From Vicugna vicugna (taxonomy: Eukaryota): a stretch of 64,000 nt of DNA. How positions within the stretch are numbered: the first letter of the stretch is position 1; every line of letters starts with the position of its first letter. Where the stretch lies: positions 8,515,425 through 8,579,424 of the forward strand of contig MU058636.1 of assembly GCA_013265495.1 (NCBI GenBank). Direction: 5' to 3'. Positions 28,041 through 42,739 of the stretch are shown here, one piece after another. The notes under the pieces were generated by a model. It saw only the letters and a program-made list of their open reading frames with translations, searched no databases and was not told where the DNA came from. A program made the position numbers and the translations under genes.

Positions 28041-29999
28041 CCCCCCCAATACTTCTTTCCAGATGTCTCTAAATTCTTTGCTAATAAAGCCCTCTCTAAC
28101 AATTTTGATTGCCTATTGTAAAAGCAGTTCAAACCACAGCAATTTCAACATATTTTGCATTTAGATGTGGTGGAGCATTTAATGACCTATTAGAGCAAAA
28201 ATAAGCCCCAACTTCTAGGTGATTTGGTTTACAGCAAGGAATTAAGTTTATTTATTATGATTACTTAAAACCTCTTGCTGTATTTTGTTTATAATTAAAT
28301 CATTCTCTAAATGTTAGCAGTGTTTTCCCCATTTGTTCACACGTTGATAACTTCCAATATATTAAGTGTTTGGTTAAATTAATGAAAATTTCTATACTTC
28401 CTATAAGGCCTGTAGAAATAGCTCTACATTGTTTAGATTAATTATAGTTTAACTGTCAAAAGGGCTTAACATTTCCATACCATGGAATCATATTTATTTG
28501 CACACACACAAGTCCATTTGAAATATAAGTAATTTGTTAGGCAATCTTGATCCATCTGAAACCCATGAAAGTAAAAGTGATCCCAAAGAAGTTGAATAAA
28601 TGTCACAGTTTTCAGGCATTAAACCTTATGCATTATATTTATAGAGGTGTCTTCAGGCCCTCAGACCGTGTTATTTTCCAATACTTCTACCTGGAGTAGT
28701 TATTGGGTTGCTTAATATGAAGTCGATTAAAATAAGCAACTGTAAAAGGGTAGCTGAATTAGCACTCTCCAAAGTTGATCATTGGAAGTGTGAGAGTGGG
28801 GAGAGACTCAGACACTGAAAAGGACAGGTTTCTGCTCCACTTTCATATAGGCCTAAAGAGCTATTAATACCAGTGTTTGTTTAAAAAGTCCTAAACTTGC
28901 TAAGACCAAAGAGTATAGTAACTGAGGTACATTGAAAAGCTCTGAATTATAAAGAAAAGGTTGGTTTTTTTTCTGTGAATTTGGTTTAAATGGGAGGGAA
29001 TACATAAAATCATAGACTTTCAGCCAATAATTTTCACATAAACTGACTACATTATAAACGCACACACACACACACACAAAACGCTGCCACTTAAAACTCA
29101 ACTACTTGGAACGTTACTAGCATTATTTTTAGGTCTCTCCATTCTCTGATATCTTTGGATAACAGATTTTCTTGCATATCCACTTTTGCCCTTTCCGAAA
29201 TGGTTTGCCAAGATTCTCAGACACCCAATCCACACATTCACCACACTGAAACTGGATTACTGGCCTTATCTCAAAGCCAAGGTTTCTTACATGTTCTGGG
29301 CTATTGATTATTTTTCCTTAACAGAAAAAGCTGCAAAACTTAAAACTCTGGTTCTAAAGCCAAAGTCCCAGCCAAAGCTGTATCAGCAACCAGTAGCCCA
29401 TAAAGAAATGATACAACAGAAAGCAAAACCAGAATGAGAAGTGGAAAAAGATGAGCGAATACAAAGGAAGGACACAAAATGAAACGGTTCAATACACCAA
29501 CATCTCAGTTATATTTTAATAGCTATCACAGCATCCTGGCACCTAAACTAATCACCTGATCAGTGCTAAGGGAATAATACTGACATCAACATCTGTCTGA
29601 ACAGATAAAAATCAAACTGTGTAACAGATAAAGATGGAAATCAATCAATATTATTGAAAGCATTTTATTTTCTTAAAAATAATTATTTAATTCTTTTGCT
29701 TAAGATAATGCAAAGCAAATTCATACAAAACAATTGTATTTTTGATATGTTTGCCTGAAAATTACTGTAGTAACTCCCCTCCCCAACTCCCAAGGGAGCT
29801 ATCTGCTGTGTTTCTGTCTTTTCTGGTTGCGTTTACCAGTGTCCTGAAGATAGGGGGCAGTCAAGAAAAATCATACAGCAAGCTTTGTTACTAGAAAGTA
29901 ACAACGTAACGTTAGTCACCAATGGCCAAGTTATTCTGCAGCACAAAATCCTTTAGAAGGACTACTAACAAGGTCTTACAAAAATGCATCGACTTGAAG

Positions 30000-30480
30000 A
30001 AAAAAACATTTGTTGAGCTCATACACCATGTGCCAGCGCTATCGTAGATGCTGAACATAGCAAAATAAAAATCCCAGTTCTTTGCTTCGGGAGCTCACAG
30101 TCTCATAAAGGGGAAAGAAATGTAAACAACTAATTGCAATATAAAGTGGTCAATGGGCGTGCTTCAGACGTAGGAGAGGGAATACAAACCCATGCTGCGA
30201 GAGGGGATGTAGGAGCTTCTGAAGCCGAGTCGTAACATCTTAAGCAGAGAGTAGAATCTAGCCAGCGGTAATGGTTGTATTTCAAGGTAATAAAACAACA
30301 AGAAAATTTCCAGAGGTGAGATTCCCTGAGCACAGCCTAGGAGAGGAAATACTGTCAATCTGGAGTTGCCGAGCACACAGCACGGGTCAGAAAGCAGTGA
30401 GAGATGGGACTGGACAGCAAATCAACGTCCAGATCCAATGTATACTACTGAGGAGATTGGGTTTTATTTTATAGGATCTA
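30000..30480 (-). mobile_element. L2 LINE fragment
   Basis: Contains aaacatttgttgagc...catgtgccagcgct...ggagctcacagtct. Confidence 0.55.
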
Positions 30481-31187
30481 CAAAGTTAGGGACAGGGAAC
30501 CAGGTTACAGGTTTAAAATAACATAATAGAGCAGCATTATCCACAATTGCCAAGAGGTGGAAACAGCCCAAATGCCCATCACCAGATTAACAGTCATTTC
30601 TCTTGCGTTCTATCAGTCACGCCGGGAGCCGAGGCAGGCTCTGAATGAAGAGGAGGGTAAGAGATGGCATTTCTCAATTGCAGCCGTCTTTCATCTGCCA
30701 CATCAAACTTCATCACAACCATCAAACCACATCGACACGCCATGTTCCTTAGGATTGCGGATCCCAGCCCTTCACAGTTAATTCTTTGTTGTTTCCTCTA
30801 ATCTCAGCTTCTGCCACCCCTCTAACTTATAATCATTTAGTTAGCACTGTTATGTCCTAAGCCCTGTCCACTGATAGTCAAGTCAGACAAGATAACATTT
30901 AAATACAGGTGAAGAAAGAGATAAAAATTATGAAACACACAAATAAATAGAAGGCTCTCCGATTTTGATAAAGGCCATGGTGATAACATTGTGGTGTAAG
31001 GGCAACCCCAAGAATAAATGGTGGAGGAAGAGGACAGTAATTAGGTGAGTGTTTTGGGAGTCGTCACTGGGAAGGTGATGACATGAACTGAGACCTGATA
31101 CAGAAGCCATCCCTGCGTGCCGGGCGGAGGCACAGGCTCGAGTCCATGAGGGGTGGGAATGAGGACAGAAAGAACGAAGGGAGTCTC

Positions 31188-32116
31188 TAAAACTCCTAGA
31201 GGGAAACATAGGCAGAACACTCTTTGACATAAATCTCAGCAATATTTTTTTGGATCCTTCTCCTAGAGTAATGGAAATATAAGCAAAAATAAACAAGTGG
31301 GACCTAATTAAACTTAAAAGCTTCTGCACAGCCAAGGAAATCATAAACAAAGCGAAAAGATGACCTACGGAATGGGAAAAAACATTTTCAAACGATGCGA
31401 CTGACAAGGAATTAATTTCCAAAATACACAAACAGCTCAATATCAAAAAAACAAACAACTCAATCAAAAAATGAGCAGAAGACTCAAATAGACCTTTCTC
31501 CAAAGAAGACATACAGATGGCCAAAAGGCACATGAAAAGATACTTAACATTACTAATTATTAGAAATGTGCAAATCAAAACTACAATGAGGTACCACCTC
31601 ACACTGGTCAGAATGGTAATCATTAAAAAGGCTACAAATAATAAATGCTGAAGAGGGTGTGGAGAAAGGGGAACCCTCCTGCACTGTTGGTGGGAATAAA
31701 CATTGGTTCAGCCACTGTGGAAAACAGTATAGAGATTTCTTTAAAAACTTAAACTAGAGCTACCATATGATCCAGCAATCTGACTCCTGGGCATATATCC
31801 AGAAAAGACGAAAACTCTAACTGGAAAAGATACATGCACCCTGACGTTCACAGCAGCACCATTTACAACAGCCAAGACATGGAAACAACCCAAATGTCCA
31901 TCGACAGATGACTGGACAAAGAAGCCTCACAGACATAGAAAAGAAACTTACGGTAACCAAAGGGGAAAGGAGGGTGGTAAATTAGGAGTTTGGGATTAAT
32001 ATATACACACTACTATGTATAAAACAGTTCAAACAACAAGGACCTACTCTATAGCACAGGGAGCTATATTCAGTATCTTGTAATAACTTTTAATAGAAAA
32101 GAAACCAAAAAAGTAT

Positions 32117-32162
<46 letters not shown>

Positions 32163-32295
32163 TATATATATTTATCTCACATATGTAATATATATGTATC
32201 TCTCTGAATCACTTTCCTGTACACCTGAACATTGTAAGCCAACTGTACTACAATAAAAAAATGAATCAGATGGATCTTAATGTTAAAAAGAAAAA
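31188..32295 (+). mobile_element. 5'-truncated L1 (ORF2 3' end plus 3'UTR) with TSD
   Basis: Contains aaaactcctagagggaaacataggcagaacac...gggacctaattaaacttaaaagcttctgcacagc...catatgatccagcaatc. TSD aaagaa(c/t)gaagg(g/c)agtctc at 31169-31187 and 32296-32314. Confidence 0.92.
32121..32159. repeat. (CA)n microsatellite inside L1 3'UTR
   Basis: Direct CA run. Confidence 0.95.
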
Positions 32296-32852
32296 AAAGA
32301 ATGAAGGCAGTCTCCATACTCCATCCTCTTTTTTGCCTCCCTGCATCTGCACATGGTATTTTTGCCCCGTAATGACTTTAGCTTCTCTGCCTGGATGACT
32401 CCTGGTTTTCCAGTGAAGCTCAATTAAGGCGCTTTTTTTTGTTTTTTTTTTTTTTCCAGGAAGCCTCCCCTAAAGCCCTCAGCCCAAGTTAGGAAGCGCT
32501 TTTCCTGGGCTCCAGGAAGACAGCCCTGCGGATCCTCTGCGACCCACACGGACGGTTGTGTTTACCTTCCTTCCTTCCTTCCTTCCTTCCGTCCCCGACA
32601 CCCTGGTAGTTATTTGAGAGCAGGGCTTTTGTCTTTGATTTCAGCATCCCCAGCAAGTAGCAAATAGTAAAGGCTGTCTTAATAAGTGAGTGAAGGGCCT
32701 AATTAAGAAAGAAGACAAGGAGGGGAGGAGGGAAGAAAATGAGGGAAACATTGTAAATGAGGGAGGCAGCATGTAAAATGTTAGTGCAATCTAGCTGCAC
32801 AGATATTTTCAGCTTAGAGTCAGCAGTTTCTGCTTGGTTAAGCACTGCTGTC

Positions 32853-32880
<28 letters not shown>
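32853..32880. repeat. (CA)n microsatellite
   Basis: Direct CA run. Confidence 0.95.
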
Positions 32881-32883
<3 letters not shown>

Positions 32884-33626
32884 ACTTCATTTTATTATCT
32901 AAGCAAGAGTACAATGCTAGATTCTAGGAAACTTCTGGAAGAAATCCAAACTTGGCCTGGGACCCGCTGTCTTCTCATTTTGTCTTCTCTGTCTTTGGCA
33001 CAGAGTAGGTACCCTGCAAGCATATGTGGCATTGTCCTTGGACAGAGAAAGAGCATCTCTGGGCCAGAGCTCTCTAATCCCATCCGCTGTGTTCCTCATG
33101 CCTTTGCTTAAGAGCAGCTGCCAGCAAGATGACCTGCTTCCCCCAGTATCAAAGGAGACTGTGGCCAAGAATGAAAAGGGGTTCTGGGCTGTGCATTCCA
33201 CAGCTGCCTGGGGAAAACCCCTGAGCCTAGAAAATGCCACGGGGAGAAACAGCAATAGTGCCCAACACTGAAACCGAAGCAGTGTTTTGGAATAAGGGAA
33301 AACTGGCCTTTTTACAACATGCAGGGAGCTTGCAACTGGGCAGGTGAAGGTAAGGAGAAAACGGTTAAGAAAAGAGGTCTTGGTATTTTTCGGTGGCAGC
33401 AGGGACTTGCCCCCGGGGGCTCCCTGAAGCTAAAGGGAAAAGGGAACAGAGTGTGGTACAAAGAACAAAAGCCTCATCCCACGAGATGTCTTCCCAGTTC
33501 TGTGTGACCCAGAAGCAACCTGTAAACACGCAGTTTCAGAATCACGAATCACCAAATTATAGCACGGGCGTTATACATCCTCGAGCTTTTCCCTGTTTAC
33601 CTCTGCTTCCAAGAATTGAGACTGAG

Positions 33627-33654
<28 letters not shown>
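33627..33654. repeat. (AC)n microsatellite
   Basis: Direct AC run. Confidence 0.95.
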
Positions 33655-33657
<3 letters not shown>

Positions 33658-36600
33658 AACGTTTATTTAGAAAAATTGCGACTATGCCTCAGATGGTCAA
33701 AGGAGAATGAGGGTGAGGATAAATTTAAAAGCTCACTCTCATACACATGATTAATAAGGGATCTCAAGCAGGAGGTTATACTGTACCTCGAAACCATCAA
33801 ATTTTCTGGAGAACAGTAATGTTCCTGTTTCATAAAGTTTTAAAGGAAACCTATTGGATTTCTGTATTTTCCAGAAAATACGTGGGTTGGGATAAACTGT
33901 TCAATCTGTAATTTCAAAAATTGGTAATTCTTAATTTGATTTAGTGATGAGTGACGGAGAAAATATGAGACATTAATGACTCAAACAAAAAGAACCCTCA
34001 AATTTAAGTGTGAATTTTGTGCAAAAGAAACGCAGGAATGGTTCTTCATCATTGACAAAATGAACGATTGGATTTGATTAATGCAAAAGAGCCGGTCTTA
34101 CCCCTGCTCTTGTTTGTCAGTCATCATGGACTTAGAAGCACCAGTTTTATACAGAAAAGGAATTCATTTGAGGACCAAGAGAAGCCGTCTAATACAAAGT
34201 GACATTTTTCAAAGATATTATTGTGACGCTAACGTTTTTAGCTGATGTCCATGGCAAATGAACGTTACATTGGGAAGAGTTGCTTATCCTGCGGACGTAA
34301 CGCATTTTTGTTAGGTAAACAGGAAAGTATACTTCTTGGAAAATAAATCCTTTAATTGTTTCTTTTTGAATTTTATTAAAGCAATATCAAATATGAGCTA
34401 CATTTTATATCTAACTTAAAGTTAAAGCTTGCTATTTTATGTCTTTAGAAGACAATTTGTCACGTTCTAATCAGCGCAGCTTAAAAGGTGAATTTATGTG
34501 ATATTTTGGACACGTACAATTTCATAGTTGTGGGAGGAAAAAAACACACTTTCAGATATGACTTAGGAAAAAGTGGTTTCATATCATTAATTAGCTGTAA
34601 AGAAACTCATGAAGATTGGATTCCAAGCTCTAAAAACCTAGTGTTAAATTAAATGCCTAATGACCTGTCATAGTTCTGTCAGCCAGCCTGACAAGTCCTC
34701 AACAGCCATGGGTTCATCCTTCAGAGGCAGGCGCTGAAACGTTTGGTCCCCAGGAGGGGGAGGGGCTGAGGCGTTAGGGAGCCTTGATCCGTGTTGCCCT
34801 TGCCTAGCAACAGCCGGCCTGGGCACCTACACGGAGAACAGAGAGGCAGGGCTCAGCCATCGGTCAGTGATGTACCCCGGAGAACACAGACCGAGGAAAC
34901 TGAGCTAAAGGAATGCTGCTTTCTATCCCTTTTACAAGTCTTTTAATTATTTAAGTCACTCACTGTAGCCTCATGTATTAAAACCCTACCATCTGCCCCG
35001 CATTTTTGTTGAGCCCTGCTGTGGTTATCAGTTAGCTCTGCGGTGTAGCACGCAGCAGTCAGGTTCAAAGGGCATACATCATCAATGCCTCAAATGTATT
35101 TTTAAAAATGCAAGGCAGAAGGACCAATTAAAATCACGTATGCAGTACATAATCTAAGTTACTTTTGAAAGCCTATAATGGAAGAATTCGAGTATGGACA
35201 ACCTTAGGGTCTGAGATAAAATTTACACACTGTACATTTTTGATGAGAATGCATGTTTTAATATAAATAGTTTAGCACGCTGATTATATTAACAGACTGT
35301 AAGAAGGATGATCTTATTTTTCATATTCAAAAATTCAATTACCCGTGCAGTCTAGATAAATATTCGTTACAAATACTAAAACATTTCACGATGAAGCCAA
35401 CCCTTTTCCCTACATAGTCTACAAAGAATGGTGCACGTCACTTCACTGCATGTGCTTAGTCTTTTATACTGAGGGTCTATGAGGGGATAAACAAAAACAA
35501 TGAGAATAATAATAACAACTAATTATAATAGAAAGCTACTCTTCCATGGACAAATGTGCCAGGAAGGATGCTAAGCTCTGGACTTGTATTACCACACTTC
35601 ACTCTTCACTACTGACCTATAATATAAGGTAGGTAGTATTTTCCTGTTTTAAAGGTGAGAAAACAAAAACTCAGAGGACAGTTTGCCTAACATCCTACCT
35701 GGTTAGGAACAGAAAACAGAATTGTATCCATTTCACAGGCTTCCTGTGTTTCATACAAAATTTATTTCAATTAGACAGAGATGACTTACTTGATACCAGC
35801 AAACAGACGTCTTTCCAACAGTTCTTAGATGCCCGGAAGTTCACCTGAAACTATGACCATGGTGTGTGTACTTGAGATGGAGAGCTTTTATTTCTCTGTC
35901 ACATGACAGGGAAATATGACCTCTTCCCTTCCATCTTTTCATTTCCTCAGGTCTATTCTCCTTTTTAAGTAGGATTTTTTTTTTCCCTACCAAACTCTTG
36001 GGTCTTACTTTGCAGATAGGGGGAATGGAAGCTCCGAGAATCCTGTTACTGGCAGGATAGACATTAAGTAGAGAGGAGGGAAAATTCCTTTTGCCTCTGC
36101 TCCATTCATCATCTAACTGCTCTCCCAGCACCCAGCACCCTTCTGGTGCCTCCGCCTTTCCCTCTCCTTCCCTCCTGCTGAGCTGGGGGCCCCTCTGGTT
36201 GCACTGGGGCTGGATTCTCTGTGATCCCCCAGTCCCTGAATTCTACCTTCCAGGTATCCTTTGTGATCGTGGGTTTGTCTGTTGATTCCACATCAAGGAG
36301 TTTTGAATAAATCAAGAAACAGAAACCCATAAATCTTGAGAGCTTTAAAGAGCTGTGATTGTGGAATATTTGGAGTCAATCCAATGCCTCACGCTGTGGA
36401 AGGCATCTGGTTGACCTGAAGCTCTTCACGTTTCTCCCACTGCTCCAAAATGGGATGAACAGGTATGAGTAGAGGGCTGTTTAAGTGTGGGTTGCTCTCC
36501 TTCCTCTTTAGCAACTCCCTTCATTTCTAAGACAGAACTCAGATTAGTACCAAAGTTAATGTTGCTTCAACAGCCATGGCTTCATCCTTTATACAGAGGC

Positions 36601-39600
36601 AGGCACTGAAACATTAATGTTGCAAAACTATTGACATACCTTCAGGAAAAGGGAAAAGTAAATTTAAAAGAACATATGCTGTTGACTATGTAAAGATGAT
36701 CTTTTTTCTCACTTTAATTTGAACAGCTGTAAAGAGGCTGAATTGTAATCTTTTCATACAAAATAACGTATTTCACTGCTTTCCATTATTCTTCCACATC
36801 TAAGCTTCTTTGCTTTTGGACTCGTTACTTCACAATGTTGTCAGCCATGTGGAACTAAAACTAGGTAAGGTCTTTGCTGTAAAAATACTTAAGAAATGTG
36901 TCAAGCTCTTCCTCCATGTTCAATAATTTTACTAATATTAGGCAAGAGGAAAGACAGCATGAAAGTAATTTTAACTGCCATAAATTCTGGATCTGCAAAA
37001 ATTATGCTCGGGACCAAAGGACAAGTTCCTCGTCTAAGGCATTTCTTCAACCACCCCTCAACGTTACCTCACACGTAGCAGGAGAATCAGTTCTAAGGGT
37101 ATGGATTCTGGTTCTGTATTTTTCTGGCTTCCTTTGACACTATTCGTTTTGATCAGTAACATTGGGATGGGATGCTGGTGTCTAACCTTGGTCAAGGAGA
37201 CTTTCTCTGTTCCCGTCTCACAATGAGACAATAATGATTATTATCTGAAGCAAAAAAAAAAAAATTTATAAAGTGAAGTAAGGAAGAAAGCAAGAAGGGC
37301 CTCTGCACTCTTTGGAAATATCAAGTCCTTCTTTAAAATGAGAAAACAAAAAAGCTTCCTGTTGAAATTAGGGCTTAATTACGAAGAAGCTGAGCCACGA
37401 CACACAGTTCTGGGCTCCACTGAACTAGGCGAGGAGCTCCAAGCTGATCAGGTTCACCACACCCTTACCAGGATAGCTAGGTGGAGGCAACGTGGCCTGA
37501 GGGTTACAGCAAGACTTTTGTAGTTAAGATCTGGATTTGCATCTGGGCTCCAAGATTTAACAGAGTAACGATGCACCTTATTGAGCAGGCAGATTCCTCA
37601 CAGGAAATAAAGAGAGTTTATAGTTCATAGATTTGTTTGGAGGTTTAAGTATTCTAAACCATGTTAACGACTTAACCAAGTCCCTCACATTTACTGATTC
37701 AAATTGCTAGCTCCTTGATGGTCTTTATTTTACCAGAAGGTGATCAACACAGCTATAACATCGTTAGTCTGGTATTAATAGAAGCAATAATTCCTTTTTC
37801 TATGCCTGTAAAATGACACACAGTGAATGCAGGCCTTCCTTTTTGGATGATATTAGAGACGTATCAGAACAAGTCTGTAATCAAGTCTTGCTAACATGAA
37901 TTGTTCTAATATCTGAGTTCAGAGGAAGGCGATTAACCTAAACAAATTAATCAGGCAAAGAAACATGCAGGGACTCTTCCAGAACTAAGAGATTCTGCAC
38001 CTTCATTCAAGTGCATTCATACTGAGCATATTGAGAGCAACGCATACTGAGTATCTTTTCTCCATCAGGTACTGAGATATGACTGGTGAACAGGACAGCT
38101 GTGTTCCTGACATTTATGGCCTAAAGAAGGCAAGTGAAAGGCAGCAATACAATGCAATCCAGAGTGCGAATGACAAGGGGCATTCATCCCAGAGACCACA
38201 TGGAGGGGCATTGCTTTAATGGAGTCTCCCTGTGGGTGAGGAGACTAGAGATGTGCTTTAAAGACTGAGTAGCACTCAGCCATGTGAAAACTAATGGGAA
38301 GCCGTTCCAAAAACATAAGAGACGGACGAAAGACAAACTTCAAACTTTTTTAGGCTGAAACAAGGAAAACTTGTGGTGAAAAGGTAAAAAGGCAAGACAT
38401 TTATGTTAAAGCAGAGTTTCATTTAAGACATATGATCTTACTAGAAAATCTTAAATATTTTGAAATCGATAATTTCTGAACAATGTAGGAATATGTTTCA
38501 TAAAACACAAGCCACACACAATTTCACAGAATTTATACAAAAGTGAAATCTTATTCTTGCTTTTATAATGCTATTAGCCCTCCGAAGTTACTTTGCTTTG
38601 GAAAAATGGTCCACTCCAGGGAAATCTGCTCTTTGACAGTGAATAAAAGATACTCTGGAACAACTCTGTAAGAATTTTGTTTTAATTTTTTCTCCACCAT
38701 AATCTCAGAAGATTTAAAGAGGAAATGCAAATGCAGCATCTTTTTTAAAATGTGTATTTTAAAAGATTTTACTAATTCTTATTTTCTTATGATATGTTTT
38801 ATGATTTGAGCCATCTTTCAGCCTTCAAATTCCACAACTTCATTTTAGCAAAAAGTACAAGCATCTGGAAAGAAGTGTTAGAAATTATCAAACGTTTTCT
38901 ATTGCTTTGCTTCTGAAACATCTAATGAAGGACTCAATTTGTGGCTTTTTGTTCAACAAGCTTTGAAGTTGAGTTCACTTTGTATACTCCTAACATGTAC
39001 AAAAGAAACTAAGCAAAGAAAAAAATGTGCAGTTGGAATGAACATTTTTAGTGGTTCAGAAATAAAACAGAGAACAATGTATATTTAATGTTTGATCAGT
39101 TCCAATGAATGCAATCACTTTAAATTTTCTAATTTAGTATTTTAAAATCCTTAACCAAGTGAAGTTTCTCATCAGTTTCTTCTAGTTGCGTATTAAAATT
39201 ATTCTAGTCCTTTTCGAAAGCGGGACCCTGAGTTCTAAACACAAGAACCTAAAAAATGAGGTGATACTGCTGACGTGGCTCAAACCAGTGCCTGTGATTT
39301 TAGAATCAGAGGAAATACACACAAAATGAAGCTGTTTCCTTAACTGTTCAGGGAAAAGATCGTTTCAGTTAGTTTCAGGTTCCCATAACAACTGGCCAAA
39401 GAACTCCAGGAAAAATTCAAAGCAGCAAATTCTGGTATCGTGAACCTTAAGTATTTAGTAAGCAGCAACAGATAAAGTAGCCAGTGATGATCTGGAATAA
39501 TCAGGGCCAAGTTAAAAAAAACAAAACACTCTTTTTTATTCAGAAGTTTCTTTTTCATTTCCTTTCTTTTTCATCTTATACACACATATAGTTCTTTCCA

Positions 39601-40347
39601 ACTACTGTTCTTCATTACTGTAATTCACCAGTGAACAGAAAACCAGTACTTTCTGGAGGTAGATGTAAACAGATTTTTGAGAACTTACTCAAACTCAGCG
39701 ATGGAAGCGAAAAACCATTATGCTAGGGGATACGTGTAATAGATCTGAGTTTTCCTTATTTAATACTCAAATCCATGGAAATCTACTGAAAAATTTATTA
39801 CTCTCCTGCAATTAACTTCATTCACTTCTCATTGCTGTGACAAATCAAGAAACTAAGCCAGACTTGAGAGAAATTTCAGTCCTTTCCTTCTGCTGTTGGC
39901 TTTCCTTTATTAATAACTTCTCATTATGCATTTTATTAATGTCAGACATTATCATTAAGAGCCTTCATACACATCCATTCATTTTACACTCCTAGAAATC
40001 TATGGGGAAAATATTTTCTATATATGAAAAAACATACATATTCAAATATTATAAATAAGTCCATTTAAACGGAAGCTTCAGATCTGTGTGACCCTCTAAA
40101 GTAACAAGACTTATAAATGACAGAACCAGAACTTTCAGTGCAGAGATTCTAAAATTCAATAGTTTCACTGTTATCCCCCAGTAAATGTGTACACTTTGAC
40201 ACAGATGCCAAAGACCATCACCAATTATTACACCGCTTATTGCCACTCTTCAACGTGTTTCATAATCAGTAACCTGACAAACAACAAATATCATCCCCTT
40301 ACAGTTAAATAGAAAATGCTTTAAAACCCCAACCTCACCGTGATTTA

Positions 40348-40908
<561 letters not shown>

Positions 40909-42739
40909 CTAGAAAGAAGAAAGCAGAAGTTACTCATTTGCTCAAGCTGGTGAATTTCAAACAGCATGCTATAGCAATGTTGAACAAGATTCATAAATCT
41001 TTTGCCAGTACTTTTTTTTTTTTTTTTGCAAGGAAGATGGGGCTTTTTTCCCCCTCACAAGACAAGAAAAAATTAGAGGGGGAAAAAAAGCTTTCCAGTG
41101 TAATGACACATTCTTCTTTGTTTAATCCAGATTGTGACATTTTATGAAAAATCTGAAAATAAGTGGCTACGAAAACTCTTTACTTGATAAAAGATTTTCT
41201 TGCTCCCACCTTATTTCCTGACTGACAGTCTTTGCTTTTCTTTCCCAGAGATGTGGCCTCCTTAAATAATCAAGAAATACACTGAAAAATAGTTATGATC
41301 TATTTTAAGCCCAAGCTTTTCATCTGCCATAGAAAAAATTTTTTTTTAATTCCTCAATCAGGTTTTCTGCTTGTTTGCTTTATCTTCTGCATTCCTAAAA
41401 TCCAGCCTATGCTTAAATGTGGCAGCAGAACATAAGAGAGCTGGCCTCTCGGCCTTCAGTTTTCATCTGTCCCTTTATAGTATGTTTTCCAGATAACAAG
41501 AGATGCTCCAGTGCTAACATCACTGTTTTATTAGAAATAAATGCTTCCCCATAAATCAGGTCCCCATTCATTCCTTCAATAACTTCCTTTGGGTTATACT
41601 CTAGGAATAGTAATGTCAAAAATAATTTAGTAGGCGTTATTCAGGAGGCATCTGTTAAGCACATTAAGCCTCACTATTCATTATTCACACTTTATAGACA
41701 TGGTCTCTCGGTGAGGAAGCAGAAGTCCTGCGACTGGAACCCAGGTCCATCTGTCTGACACCCTAACCTCTATGTATTGCACTACACCACGCTGCTTTGC
41801 AGTTTCTGGTTTAATATTTCTTCCTGCTGGTAGAAAGTCGTAGAGGCATCTATGAAAATGAATGCTACAGAAGGACAAGTGAAACAGACATGGCAGAAAA
41901 AGTGACGCCACGTGTCATTAAAATATGCTGCTGGTTGAATATGATTGAAAACACAAAAGGATGCAAAGAAAACAAGTATGTAGAGAAAAACAAAACTCAT
42001 AGGAGACTTTAATTGTACTACTTTTAAGTAGATTAACAATTTTTATATAAGAATAATTCAACTTATATGCTTTTAATTCATCTGGCCATTTTGAATATCC
42101 ATTTATTTCATAAGACACACACTATATATGTGTATATATATTTTAACATATTAAATATTTTATTTAATTTTTTTAGAAGACAATTTACAGGCATCCCCCA
42201 CCCATTCCTTTATGTTAGTGTGACAATTTTCCATAATTTACTATTGAAAGGAAGCTTTGGTCAAGAATGAAATGAAGTAGCAAAACCAAAATCAAAAAAA
42301 CCCAAATCACTGGTGCTTTTAAAATGCCATGATTTTCACCAATTATATTCAAACAAAACACACAAACTGTTTATTTATTTGGCAGACAAGGGCCTGCTGG
42401 GACTCTGAGCAGCCAGCCCAGCAGGCATATATGTTCATCCAGGTCCCAGAATGTAGGCTTTGGGGCTTCTTTCATTGCATTGAAAAATAATGATAAAACA
42501 AAAACACTTCATCAGTTGCCTGTGACTGAGTACTAACTACACGCCGGCATCAGTTACATGTTTGAAAATTGGGGCTTTTCTTATTCTACCATCCCTTCTA
42601 AGTTTAGTATCTTACATTCTTCTGTATGTACAATTTTGCCCTCTTCTTCTTTTAATTATTGAGTATTACTCCTGGACCCATGGGTTCTTCCTTTATTTCA
42701 TTCAATATATTATAATTCACTGCAATGATTATTCATTTT

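Noticed and set aside
30928..31623. Longest ORF in the track (231 aa, minus strand)
   Set aside because: Its first two-thirds is the antisense reading of L1 ORF2 sequence running into flank, a common artefact.
41903..41917. TGACGCCACGTGTCA CRE/E-box-like motif 1 kb from the exon
   Set aside because: A single short motif with no supporting context.
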